From: Amoebophrya sp. A120
Taxonomy: Eukaryota; Protista; Dinoflagellata
NCBI GenBank assembly: GCA_905178155.1
Contig: CAJINV010000002.1
Span: forward strand, 11,014,634 to 11,078,633
DNA length: 64,000 bases
Direction: 5' to 3'
In this document: positions 54,212 through 64,000 of the stretch, in pieces
Numbering within the stretch: the first letter of the stretch is position 1
Layout of the letters: every line of letters starts with the position of its first letter
The notes under the pieces: model-generated
What the model was told of the DNA's origin: nothing
What the model saw: the letters and a program-made list of their open reading frames with translations, nothing else
Database searches by the model: none
Made by a program: the position numbers and the translations under genes

Positions 54212-55211
54212 ATGCTATGTGCAAAGCTAGCCAAAGTGAAAGTGTAGAACCAAAGGGGCACTCCTACACAGTCCGAGCGGTCACGATGTAATCATGAAGT
54301 TTAGTACTCCACCAATGGAGGTTGCTTGGCTCGTTCGTATGGGGACCGTTTTCCATCTCATACCGAGACCATGCAGAGCTTTTGTTGTCTTCGATGCTCC
54401 TCGGGGGAAGCGATTCTTCCGCGACGTTCTTCCGACAGATGAAGGATCCATAGGGAGGCGAGATACTGCTCTACTAGAAATGCCGTTGCGATGAAGACCG
54501 AAGAAACGCGGCAAGGAAGCAGGAAATCGGCACAATCCTTCAACTTCTACAGTAGGAGAAAGATATGATGATGTTGAGAAAGCACACTCAAGAACCACAT
54601 GAACGTACTATAGATCCTCCGGAGATGAACGGCGAGAGTCAGCAAATGGCTCTGGCCCTCCACCATTAGAATTACGCGGAGTCAGGGTGTGTAATATGAC
54701 GTACTACAAAGAAACACACGGCTCTACAACAGTCGGTCTTGCAAAAAGAAACGAAACGTAGTGAAGCCAAGATCATTTTGATCGAGCTGATCCTCGAACC
54801 AAGTCCAGCATGACGCTTCGCAAGGATGACAAGGGGGGCGCGGCTGCATGGCACGCGAAAACATGATGCCGCATGTCCATGTGTTCGCGTGGTGATCCTC
54901 AATTTTTTTTTATCGCTGTTTGATCTACTCTGCTTGTCGCATTTGGGTACTCACTGAGGACCACTGGATGTGGATCGTCGATAGGTTGTCTAGGCAATGA
55001 AGGACTTCTATGTGTATTTCCTACTTGTGTAGCCCTGCTTTTTCAAAGACAGGAGGGCCGCAGGCTAGGGAATTAGATAAAAAAGAAAAACAACAGAATC
55101 AATGCATGAGGAGATGACACGATCAGAAAACGCTTATTGACTCAGAGCAGCCTCGTCCGTGGTGATCAAGTATACATCATCAGAGGTACAACTAGGACGC
55201 GAGTATCGACG

Positions 55212-55712
55212 ATGAAGTTCCTGCTCTTGCTTGAGCGCTACAAACATCGTTGGTTTCTTTATCATCGAGGGGCTCGTTCAATATCGATGCTTCTGTGGAT
55301 TTGGGTCGTTGTAAATTTGTCGGCCTTATTTTTCCCTGCCTGGTTTGCCGGTACCTTAACCTTTGGTCCGGAAGGCCATACGTCAGATGCAACAATACGA
55401 GCTTCTGCTCCGATCCTTTTCGTCGCAGCGAGGTCACTCTTTCACCTTCCGAGCGCCTCAGCTGAATACTCCCGGCTGGGTTTTTCGGACGCACAAGAAC
55501 TGGTGGAGGCTTCCGGTGAAAATGATGATGTGGGACAGCGACAGAGGACTTCCCCGAGCGGGTTGCTGCAGCGGGGAAAGGGTAATGGGAGCCGAAGTTC
55601 GCATGGGGATGGGACAGCCGCTTTCAGGAAGCGAAGCCCCGATCTCGACGAGGAGAGCCAAAGTGGTGGTCGTTCTGCGTATCAAACAAAAGTTGAAAAG
55701 CGTCAAGCCTGA
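55212..55712 (+). CDS. Possible first exon of a membrane or secreted hypothetical protein
   Basis: ATG at 55212 followed by the hydrophobic stretch MLLWIWVVVNLSALFFPAWF. Confidence 0.4.
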   Translation: MKFLLLLERYKHRWFLYHRGARSISMLLWIWVVVNLSALFFPAWFAGTLTFGPEGHTSDATIRASAPILFVAARSLFHLPSASAEYSRLGFSDAQELVEASGENDDVGQRQRTSPSGLLQRGKGNGSRSSHGDGTAAFRKRSPDLDEESQSGGRSAYQTKVEKRQA

Positions 55713-55909
55713 TCAGTACTGCGAAGTGTTTTGGATGCAAATTTCATTAGTGATTGGAAACCAAATGGAAACGCCTTTTGTTGCACGAAAAGACTTCTAG
55801 GGGCCTGTTGTTTGTCTTAGGTTAAGGTTGATTCTCATTCATTGGGTACCTATGATTTCATTTTTCCTATCCTGTCATGTCAGGAGTCCGCGTTGCTAGC
55901 ATATGAATT

Positions 55910-57214
55910 GTGGGCAGCTCCTCCTTTGCCATGCATATATGTATTACAGAGTCCGGTTATTTCGCTTTTCCGGCTACGCGAATTTTTCAACACGATTCTA
56001 CTGCTTCTCGTTCTCTGTACTCCATGTTGATCGGAGGAGCGCCCGCAGCAATACAAGAAGAGCAACCGCGCCATGAAGAAAGTTTGTCAAGACGACCATT
56101 GCGTGGTTCGTCTTGGCACCCACTGGCCCTGAATGAAGCTGACGATCGAGAACATTTCTACGTCGACAGGAGCGCCAGACGTGACCAGCATCAACCACGA
56201 GAAGGCCGCGACGTTCCTCGCGAGCGGCGACACGATAGGAGAGCCGCCCGCTCTCCTGGTTCGCGCAGCCGCGCAGGAAGTACTAACAGGAAAAACGATA
56301 GATGGTTCGGGACGAACAGAAACAGTTGTGAGGAAATCGGCGAGGACTTTTCTGATTCGGATCTTGACGAAGATGAACAACAAGGCGAGCAATTGCCTTC
56401 CTGCTGTGCAAAATTCCATAACATTTGCGCACCTTCGGTTTCTGACGACGAGTATTTTGAGCAGATAGAACAGGAGGAGGCGTCGCTGCGAAATGGTTGC
56501 ACTAGCGCAGGGGGCGTAAACGCGGCACGGCCGATGCAACAGGCCTTTACCATGCGCTTTGATTCGTACGAAGTGGACCCCTCTTCGTCCATCAACCCCA
56601 AGCGACTGCGCGAGGTACAGTCAGCGCTCTTTCAGCTCTTCTGCGACGAGGAGGACGCGGTCGAGAGCAACACGACAACCACACCGGCGGGGGCACCCAG
56701 AAATATTGGGCAACACGGTGCCACTTCTCGACGTCCGTCTCCGCCGCCAGGAAGATCAGCTTCTGCGGAAGCGGGAAATGTGCAACCAGAGGAGGGTTCG
56801 TCGTATGTACCACCACGTGGCGTCGACACCGACACACCGATGGCCAATGCCCACCGGTACCGCGTCGAGCAGTTGCGCCGCGTCCTGGGAGGCCACTCGC
56901 CGACGGAAGCCGAGTTTTCGGCCCTGATCGCCAAGGTGCCATGGCTGGCGACGGAGGAAGGCCAGGCGTGGACGCGGCGATTGCCTTGGGCCGTGGACCT
57001 TGTGAAGGCTGAAATTCACCGGCGCCAGTTCCTGTGCGGTGCGATGAGTTGTTGCTGTCTGTTTTCGGGGCTCTGTGCCGCGCAAGCCGCCGGAGCGGGG
57101 CCGCACCTAGTCTGCATCAACATCGACTGTGGGTTGTGGGTATGCATCGCACAAATTGCATCGTGTCTGTTGGTAAGCTCCTACGCTACGCATGCCAGAT
57201 TCTCCTTGGAGTGA
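55910..57214 (+). CDS. Hypothetical protein (exon) with a Cys-rich hydrophobic C-terminal part
   Basis: 434-codon frame; a GTAAG donor-like site near 57173 suggests it may continue downstream. Confidence 0.6.
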   Translation: MGSSSFAMHICITESGYFAFPATRIFQHDSTASRSLYSMLIGGAPAAIQEEQPRHEESLSRRPLRGSSWHPLALNEADDREHFYVDRSARRDQHQPREGRDVPRERRHDRRAARSPGSRSRAGSTNRKNDRWFGTNRNSCEEIGEDFSDSDLDEDEQQGEQLPSCCAKFHNICAPSVSDDEYFEQIEQEEASLRNGCTSAGGVNAARPMQQAFTMRFDSYEVDPSSSINPKRLREVQSALFQLFCDEEDAVESNTTTTPAGAPRNIGQHGATSRRPSPPPGRSASAEAGNVQPEEGSSYVPPRGVDTDTPMANAHRYRVEQLRRVLGGHSPTEAEFSALIAKVPWLATEEGQAWTRRLPWAVDLVKAEIHRRQFLCGAMSCCCLFSGLCAAQAAGAGPHLVCINIDCGLWVCIAQIASCLLVSSYATHARFSLE

Positions 57215-57757
57215 AACATGCTGGATCTTCTCCTTGGAGTGGACATAGGTATGCGAATATGTTTATCATACATTTTTACGAATGGATATGGAAAAGCAAG
57301 GAGATATTCATATTTATGTTCGCTTTTCCTTTATTCGCTTTCGCACACGATTACAACGATGATTTTGTGCAGGATAGCGGGCGCGAATTGTTAGCGGTGC
57401 AACGTCACTCTGGTTGGCGCAAAGCACCGGCTACTGTCCCTTCTGTTTACAGGAAGAAAGCTATCATGCGATACAACTTTGCGGCTCATGCGCGCACCAG
57501 CATCCGCGCCACCTCAAAGTTTCGTGATCGAGACGCGTGCTTCGACAGATGTGCGTCGTCATCCTTACATTTTCATTCATCCGTAACCGTATCGCAATCG
57601 GTCTCTGAAAAAATGAAAAAGCGCCGTTGACCGGCGGTGTTTGGTCAACGAGCACTGCATGGTGGATGAAATTTGAATCAGGAATACATATGCGAGCGAG
57701 ATAAAGACATGTATGTCGTTTCTTTGAAAGTGAACTCTGAGTTCGAGGCGTGAAAAG

Positions 57758-59656
57758 ATGTATTTGTTGTTCACAAAAGCCGGCCCAAGCCGGCCCACGA
57801 GCATGCTGAGCAGGCATTCGGGAGACGAAATTCGCTGCCGCCGATTGCCGCACCCAGAGCGCAGCTTCGCGGGCTGTCAGGCGTGTTTGCGGGCCACCGC
57901 TGACGACTGTGCCAGCTCGCTCCCACTGGTTTGCACGGACTTGGTTTTGCGGGGGACGGGGGTCTGTTGCGGCTGTTGTCCGACGACGACGAAAAGTGCT
58001 GGCACTGCTGCAGCACCAGCAGGAACTCCTACGGAGCAACACCACCTTGGTGGGAGTGTGAGACGGCGTCCCTCTTTGTCGCTCGCATCTGCCACCCCTT
58101 CTGGCCTTCTTTCCGGGAACGAAACAGAACCCGAGCCGACCTTCTGCTGCTTCCGGAACGCCCTTGCTACCTGGTGTAGTCCCCTCACGACCGCGTTCGC
58201 TAGCACCTTGGCGAAAAATAAGTCGGCCGCTGCCAGCAGCTGCCCGTCGTGTCCTGGTATTTTTGCTCTACCCTCCTCTTCGACGCCGGGCGCCGGGGTC
58301 TGCTGTTGTTTCGGGGGGGTAGCAGGTGCAGGAGGTTCTTCAACAGGCGTACCCTGCTGTGGATTCAGCGACGCTTGTTGCTTGAAAGTCGTCGACCTGA
58401 GCACCGCCTGTGTGCGGAAGGTGTGGTCGCCTTGGCCCGAGTCCGCCGGCGCCGATTTGGTGCACCTCTATCGAGGGCTGTCGCTGGTGGAGGTATGAAA
58501 TGCAAAAGTGTCTGGGTCTGGAAACTTGTGATGCTAAAATGTCAATGTGCATGATGAAAACACTTCCGAATGCAGTCCGGCATGACAACTTCCCAAAGCG
58601 CTTTCTCATAGGCAATCCGCGTTAGAAACTGCGTTTTTGCATGACAAAAGAGGCTGCGACTTTTGTTGGTTATGCAATACAGATTGTCTAGGTATGGAAA
58701 GCTAGCATTACAAGTTCCAACCTTCCAGACCCAGACATTTGTACAATCCATAGGAGGAGTTTTTCCACGAAAACCGATGGCGGGACTTCATCCGGTCGCT
58801 CTGCTGGTGCTGCCGGCCCGAAAGCTCGCAGCGGTTCGAGTCCTTTCGCCGCGTCATTCTGGGTGGCTGCTGCAGCAGCAGTAGCGGCGTTGGTGCACAG
58901 GAACAGCAGGTCGGCGACACGGAAGAGGGTCTTCAGCAAGGAGACCCGTACACCATGTCTCCATCTGCAACTTCGGGCGGTTCCTTCTCTGGAAGTAGGA
59001 GATCTGGAAGACCGTCGCGACGCGGACGCTACAGGCCCAACGGAGAACCCCGGTCACGACGTGGGGGAAGGATCGACGACTCCACCGAATTGCCTGCCGC
59101 CGGTACTGACGTTGTTCCGGCTCCGCCGCTTATCGTGTTTCGCGACTGGCTTAGCGGCTGCGTCGGCACAAGTAGTTATCAAACCGTCGATGTCACAACA
59201 AGTGGAACACGAGAGCAGCCGCAGAGTTGCATTGGGATTCCATCAGCACGGCGAGGTGCAAGTCCAGAAGGTGACACCGGATTAAACCGCCAACCAGCAC
59301 CACGAGCGGAAAACGACGCAAGCAGTGAGATGTTGAATTTGTCGAATTTACACCCGTCCTTCCGCAGGTTCGCGCCGTTTCTTCGTACTAGCCAGGAGGC
59401 TGCGAAGGACTCGGACTCACCGGCGGAACAAGCGAACTTCGGAAATCCACCCAGGCGCACCATGTTGCTGCTCGCGCAGCAAGAAAACGAGCGGGGAGAA
59501 GGGCAATCCGCTGCTGGCCCGCGCGAGGACCTCTCGTATTCTTATTCTTCTGGCCGCGGTGGCGGGTCTTCGTCCCACGGCCCGTATCGAATGAAGAAAG
59601 CGAGCTCGGGTTTCTCGCTGTCCGACTTTTTTTCCTTTTCCACGCCGCTATCATGA
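57758..59656 (+). CDS. Cys-rich hypothetical protein, 2 exons (intron 58493-58756)
   Basis: Removing the 264-nt introner joins ORF 57758-58498 (…LSLVE) to EFFHENRWRDF…, which runs in frame into ORF 58955-59656. Confidence 0.7.
58494..58752 (+). mobile_element. Introner with ~45-bp TIR and TSD GGAGG
   Basis: TATGAAATGCAAAAGTGTCTGGGTCTGGAA pairs with TTCCAGACCCAGACATTTGTACAATCCATA; GGAGG at 58489-58493 and 58753-58757. Confidence 0.92.
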
Positions 59657-60019
59657 TGATCAAACCTCCCGTGGTCCGCGTTGGCATGTGACGCTAGCTA
59701 CAGAGTCGAATTGCATATGCATTGCCAGACCGTGTCAAGAGTTATTCCTTCATACACTTACACTTTTTGTACTAAAGAATGAAATGCATATCCCTTTCCT
59801 TTACTAGCCTTATCCCGCTTCCCGTGTCCAGTAACCTGCAGACTTAATAGTATTCCGCTAGATGAATAGCAGCACTCAGCGCGTCTCTGTAGAGAATCGC
59901 TGTCGGCGCTTCAGCACAGGCAGGCCCATCTGCCGGCGATTTTCAAAGCGTCAGAACGGCGTCGGCACGATCCGGCACCGGCCGGCGCGGCGGGCAGGTT
60001 GGCCTTTGCCGTCATCTTG

Positions 60020-61185
60020 CACGCTGGCACCGGCGTGGCCGCGATCTGGCGGCGGGGGGCGGGCATGGTCGGGCACCGGCTTGGCCAGGGCCCGACAGCG
60101 GCCGGCGTTGCCAGGGTCCGGCACCGGCTTGGGCATGATCGGGCACCGGCACGGTCATGCCCATGACCTGGCACCGGCGTGGCCACGACCTGGCACCGCC
60201 TTGGCCATGATTTGGCTGGCACCGGCTTGGCCGCGGCCTGGCACTTGCTGCCATGGCCATGATTCCGCACCGGTTTGGCTATGCTCTGGCACAGGCAGGC
60301 AGGCAGGCTTGGCCATGATTCATCTGGCACCGGCTTGGTCACGACCTGGCGCCGGCGGGCGCGGCTAGGCCATGATCTGGCACCGGCTTGGCTTTGTCAT
60401 GAGATGATCTGGCCCCGGCTTGGCCATGACTTGGCGCCGGCTTCGGCCTGGCCACGACCTGGAACGGGCCTGGCCATGATCTGGCACCGGCTTGGCCATG
60501 ATATGGCACCGGCTTGGCCATGGTCTGGCGTCGGCCTTGCCGCGACCTGGCACCGGGCGGCTTGGCCATGATCTGGCGCCGGGTTGGCTTTGATCTTTCT
60601 CATCAGGCGCTGGCCTGGCCATGATCTCTCTGGCACCCACCGGCTTGGCCACGATCTGGCACCGGCTTGGGCATGATCTGGCACCGGCTCGCCCACGACC
60701 TGGCACCGGCTCGACAGGCTTTGGTCATGATCTGGCCCCGGCTTTGCCTCGACCTGGCACCGGCTGGCTCGGCCCTGACTTGGCACCGGCTTGGCAGGCT
60801 TTGGCCATAATCTGGCACCGGCTTGGCCATGATCTGGCACCGGATTGGCCATGATCTGGCACCGGCTTGGCCATGATCTGGCACCGGCTTGGCCATGATC
60901 TGGCATCGGCTTGGCCACGACCTGGCACCGGGCGGCTTGGCCATGATCTGGCACCGGCTTGGCCATGATGTGGCACCGGCAGGCTTGGCCATGATGTGGC
61001 ACCGGCAGGCTGGCAGGCTTGGCCGTGATCTGGCACCGGCGGGCTTGGCGGGCTTTGTTCGGCCGTGATCTGGCACCGGCCTTGCCGCGACCTTGCGCCG
61101 GTTAGTTTGGCCCTGTTTGGCACCGGGTTGGCCATGATCTGGCACCGGCCTGGCAGGCTTCCTCTGGCCACGACCTGGCGCCGGC
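60020..61185. repeat. Degenerate 22-bp minisatellite (GGCCATGATCTGGCACCGGCTT)n
   Basis: Dozens of imperfect copies read directly. Confidence 0.95.
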
Positions 61186-61189
61186 TCGT

Positions 61190-61962
61190 GCTTCGAGGTT
61201 TCGTCTCGCACGTTGCTGCCCCGCCTCGAGGCTTCGCTGCTTCGGGTCTTCGCTGCTTCTGGGCTTCGCTGCTTCGGGGCTCCGCTGCTTCGGGGCTCCG
61301 CTGCTTCGGGGCTTCGAGGCTTTGGGGCTTCGAGGCTTCGGGGCTTCGCTGCTTCGGGGTTTCGCTGCTTGCTTCGGGGCCTCGAGGCTTCGGGGCCTCG
61401 AGGCTTCGTTGCTTCGAGGCTTCGCTGCTTCGAGGTTTCGCTGCTTCGAGGTTTCGCTGCTTCGAGGCTTCGCTGCTTCGAGGCTTCGCTGCTTCGAGGC
61501 CTCGCTGCTTCGAGGCTTCGCCGCTTCGAGGCTTCGGGGCTTCGCTGCTTCGAGGCTTTGCGGCTTCGAGGCGTTGCCGCTTCGAGGCTTTGCGGCTTCG
61601 AGGCTTCGCTGCTTCGAGGCTTCGCTGCTTCGAGGCTTCGCGGCTTCGAGGCTTCGCTGCTTCGAGGCTTCGCCGCTTCGAGGCTTCGTCGCTTCGAGGC
61701 TTCGCTGCTTCGAGGCTTCGCTGCTTCGAGGCTTCGCTGCTTCGAGGCTTCGCTGCTTCGAGGCTTCGAGGCTTCGCTGCTTCGGGGCTTCGCTGCTTCG
61801 GGGCTGCGCTGCTTCGCGGCTTTGCTGCTTCGAGGCTTCGCCGCTTCGAAGCTTCGCTGCTTCGAGGTTTCGCTGCTTCGAGGCTTCGCTGCTTCGAGGC
61901 TTCGCGGCTTCGCCGCTTCCTTCGGCGTTTCGAGGCCTCATCGTTTCGAGGCTTCGCCGCTT
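61190..61962. repeat. 8-bp-unit satellite (GCTTCGAG / GCTTCGCT / GCTTCGGG)n
   Basis: Read directly from the sequence. Confidence 0.95.
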
Positions 61963-61986
61963 AGAAGCTTGGGCACTTTGTCTGCA

Positions 61987-62220
61987 TTTCGTTGTTGTTG
62001 TTTTTCGTTTCTATTCTTTGTTTTTGTTTTTTATTTTCATTCTTTGTTTTCATTCTTTGTTTTCGTTTTTCGTTTCTATTCTTTGTTTTCGTTTTTCGTT
62101 TCCATCCTTTGTTTTCGTTTTTCGTTTCCATTCTTTGTTTCCATTCTTTGTTTCCATTCTTTGTTTGCGTTTTTCGTTTTCATTCTTTGTTTTTGTTTTT
62201 CGTTTCTATTGTTTGTTTTT
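61987..62220. repeat. T-rich repeat (TTTTCG / TTCCATTCTTTGT)n
   Basis: Read directly from the sequence. Confidence 0.9.
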
Positions 62221-64000
62221 ATTGCGGGATACTATTAAATAATGGGTTTTCTGACTTATAACTAGAGATTGCATGTTCTCCGTCGATCATGGTGTTTGTA
62301 TTCCTGATTCACTCGAGACTTGAAGCAGGCTTGACATCAAAATGAAGGCATCACTCACGATGCACGACTGAGGTTTCGGTGATATTATTGTCAGCTTCAC
62401 ATACTCGTATCGTACTCGTAGTAATGCTGCGCTTGTAGTAATCCTAATCCAGGGATCAGGGGCGTTTTCATCGTCACAGCAGGCTGGTGGGGAAGCAAAT
62501 CCGGTGGATGACGAAAGTTACTACTACGCGGGAGCCCGTGACCTGCTGCAACGAGCGTAGAAGATGAAGAGGTCTATTGAACCTTGCCGAGGAAGCAATT
62601 TGGATATGGAGATTTTACCATGGATGCATGTTTGCGCAGAGCGTAGTTTCTGTATCAAATTTATTGTCGCACTGTTACTGTTTCTGTAGCAGTAGCTGTG
62701 TGTAGCTGTTTTACGCTGCATGTGCGTCCGCCCTCTCTTGTCGACGAGAAATGAATCTTATGGTTAAGGAGGGGAAAGCGAAAGCACAAATGGAAATGCA
62801 TAAGATTGAAAATCTGAGGTTGAACTAGAACCGAGTCCCTCAAACAACATCGAAATTGATTCCGATGATTATTGTTTTGGGAGTCTCGAAGCCGAAACTG
62901 GTATACTATGTCCTCGTTTGGCGAAATGGAAATTCAACAAAAGTACGTACTTAGATGAATCCGGTATATTAGTTCGTCGAAAATGTAAATGAACAAGAAA
63001 GAGTGCACTTTGTATTACTTCGCACAAAAATCAAGTCTAAGTCTATCATGTCCATATCTCTAGCATAATCATATTCGATTCTTCTATTTTCTAGTGTAGT
63101 AGGAGATCTTGATCTTCTAGACCGCGTGGTGGCGTGCTCTATTTTGCAAATGACTGATGAAATAGAAACGAGTACAATTTTCTAGGGTGGATCACGAATA
63201 GCAGTAACGCTATTCTGTGACGTGTAACAAACAGTTTCGGTTTGAAAAATGCCACAACTACAATGCCATGCAATCTTTGCTGACTTCGAATTTTTCTTGG
63301 TACTGCGTGCTTTTGAGGTGGAAGCAACTACATGCAGAGCATTCACTGATTCGACGATCGCTTTGTGATGAGCCGCTATGGAGTTGATAGTAATTCGGAT
63401 TCTCTTCAACAAGAGATCGAGCTCCTGCAGAAAGGTTTTCCGGCCGACCAGAGCTAGTTTCTTGCCAGCAGCCAGGCACAAGGGTCATACTGACGGGTTT
63501 GGGGTCCGTCGGACTGAAAGCATGACACTTACTTACAGTTTGATGGTGCGCGCATGATTAAATGAAGTCATAGCACAACCAGGGCAACAGAAGTGAAAAT
63601 GTAGTAAGTAAGCAATCACGAGAAGTGAGAACTTCCGACTCACCTTGCTCGTAGGATCCTGGATCCCTTATCAAAGCGGAAACATGATCTATTAACGGTC
63701 TCACCAGGTATTGGGCTAGATTTTTTTGCTAGAACGATTCTCCTGGGCGACATTGCTCGACTTGTGCCCTCCCTAGCACTTTGCTTTTATGTTTTCTGGA
63801 AGATCGACACCAGCATCTTTGCGCGACAGCGAAAATGGCCTCCCGTGCCGGGGCGTCGAGCGCAGTGCCTCGATTGATTCGAGTCTTATTGAAGGTACTG
63901 CAACCGCGGCAAAGCTCAAGACTCTCTAGATCGTCGCTTTTCTTCTAAGAAAGTAGTCACCAGCCACGCATCTTCCGGTCCTGGTGCTAATCTTACTACA

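Larger units (their letters stand above)
59844..62238. mobile_element. TTAA-flanked, short-TIR element carrying three satellite blocks
   Basis: TTAA-TAGTATTCCGC (59844-59858) pairs with GCGGGATACTA-TTAA (62224-62238) with one mismatch; these ends bracket the repeat block. Confidence 0.6.

Noticed and set aside
57877-58404. Protein-looking minus-strand ORF (175 aa)
   Set aside because: The adjacent introner polarity (GGAG|GT on +) and the in-frame join of the two + strand ORFs indicate the gene is on +, so this is probably a shadow ORF.
59862-62261. Many overlapping ORFs up to 341 aa (ASRLRCFE, WHRLGHDL and FVF repeats)
   Set aside because: Artefacts of stop-poor satellite DNA that is open in several frames on both strands.
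62260-64000. Possible minus-strand spliced gene (ORF 63182-63481 and donor-like CTTAC/CTCAC sites)
   Set aside because: I could not assemble a consistent exon chain or recognise a domain.
1-64000. Dinoflagellate spliced-leader relics, tRNA or rRNA genes
   Set aside because: No convincing match seen by eye; tRNAscan-SE, Infernal and a motif search would be needed to exclude them.

Overview
Eukaryotic genomic DNA with spliced genes, long low-complexity ORFs and many repeats; I found no rRNA, tRNA or CRISPR. Several introns are bounded by terminal inverted repeats (TIRs, TAT...ATA) and 5-bp direct repeats ending in G, which matches the introner elements described in the parasitic dinoflagellate Amoebophrya (the organism assignment is inference). 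Recognisable genes are an acyltransferase-3 family membrane protein (7334-9842), two tandem-duplicated 5-exon GT47/exostosin glycosyltransferases (11697-17226, 22407-24771), a possible GIDE-domain protein, and several hypothetical proteins. Four things stand out. (1) A giant, highly divergent non-LTR retroelement has a ~3,500-codon frame broken by one TAG and encodes a possible Cys protease, C2H2 fingers, APE, RT with CIDD and a degenerate RNase H; a duplicated region rich in UUCG hairpins follows it. (2) At least four unrelated non-coding inserts are each flanked by unusually long (31-55 bp) direct repeats, two of them stacked at the same base inside an introner. (3) Introners have non-canonical acceptors and show compensatory stem changes between paralogs. 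(4) A TTAA/TIR-bounded cassette carries three satellites. All alignments and motif calls were made by eye.
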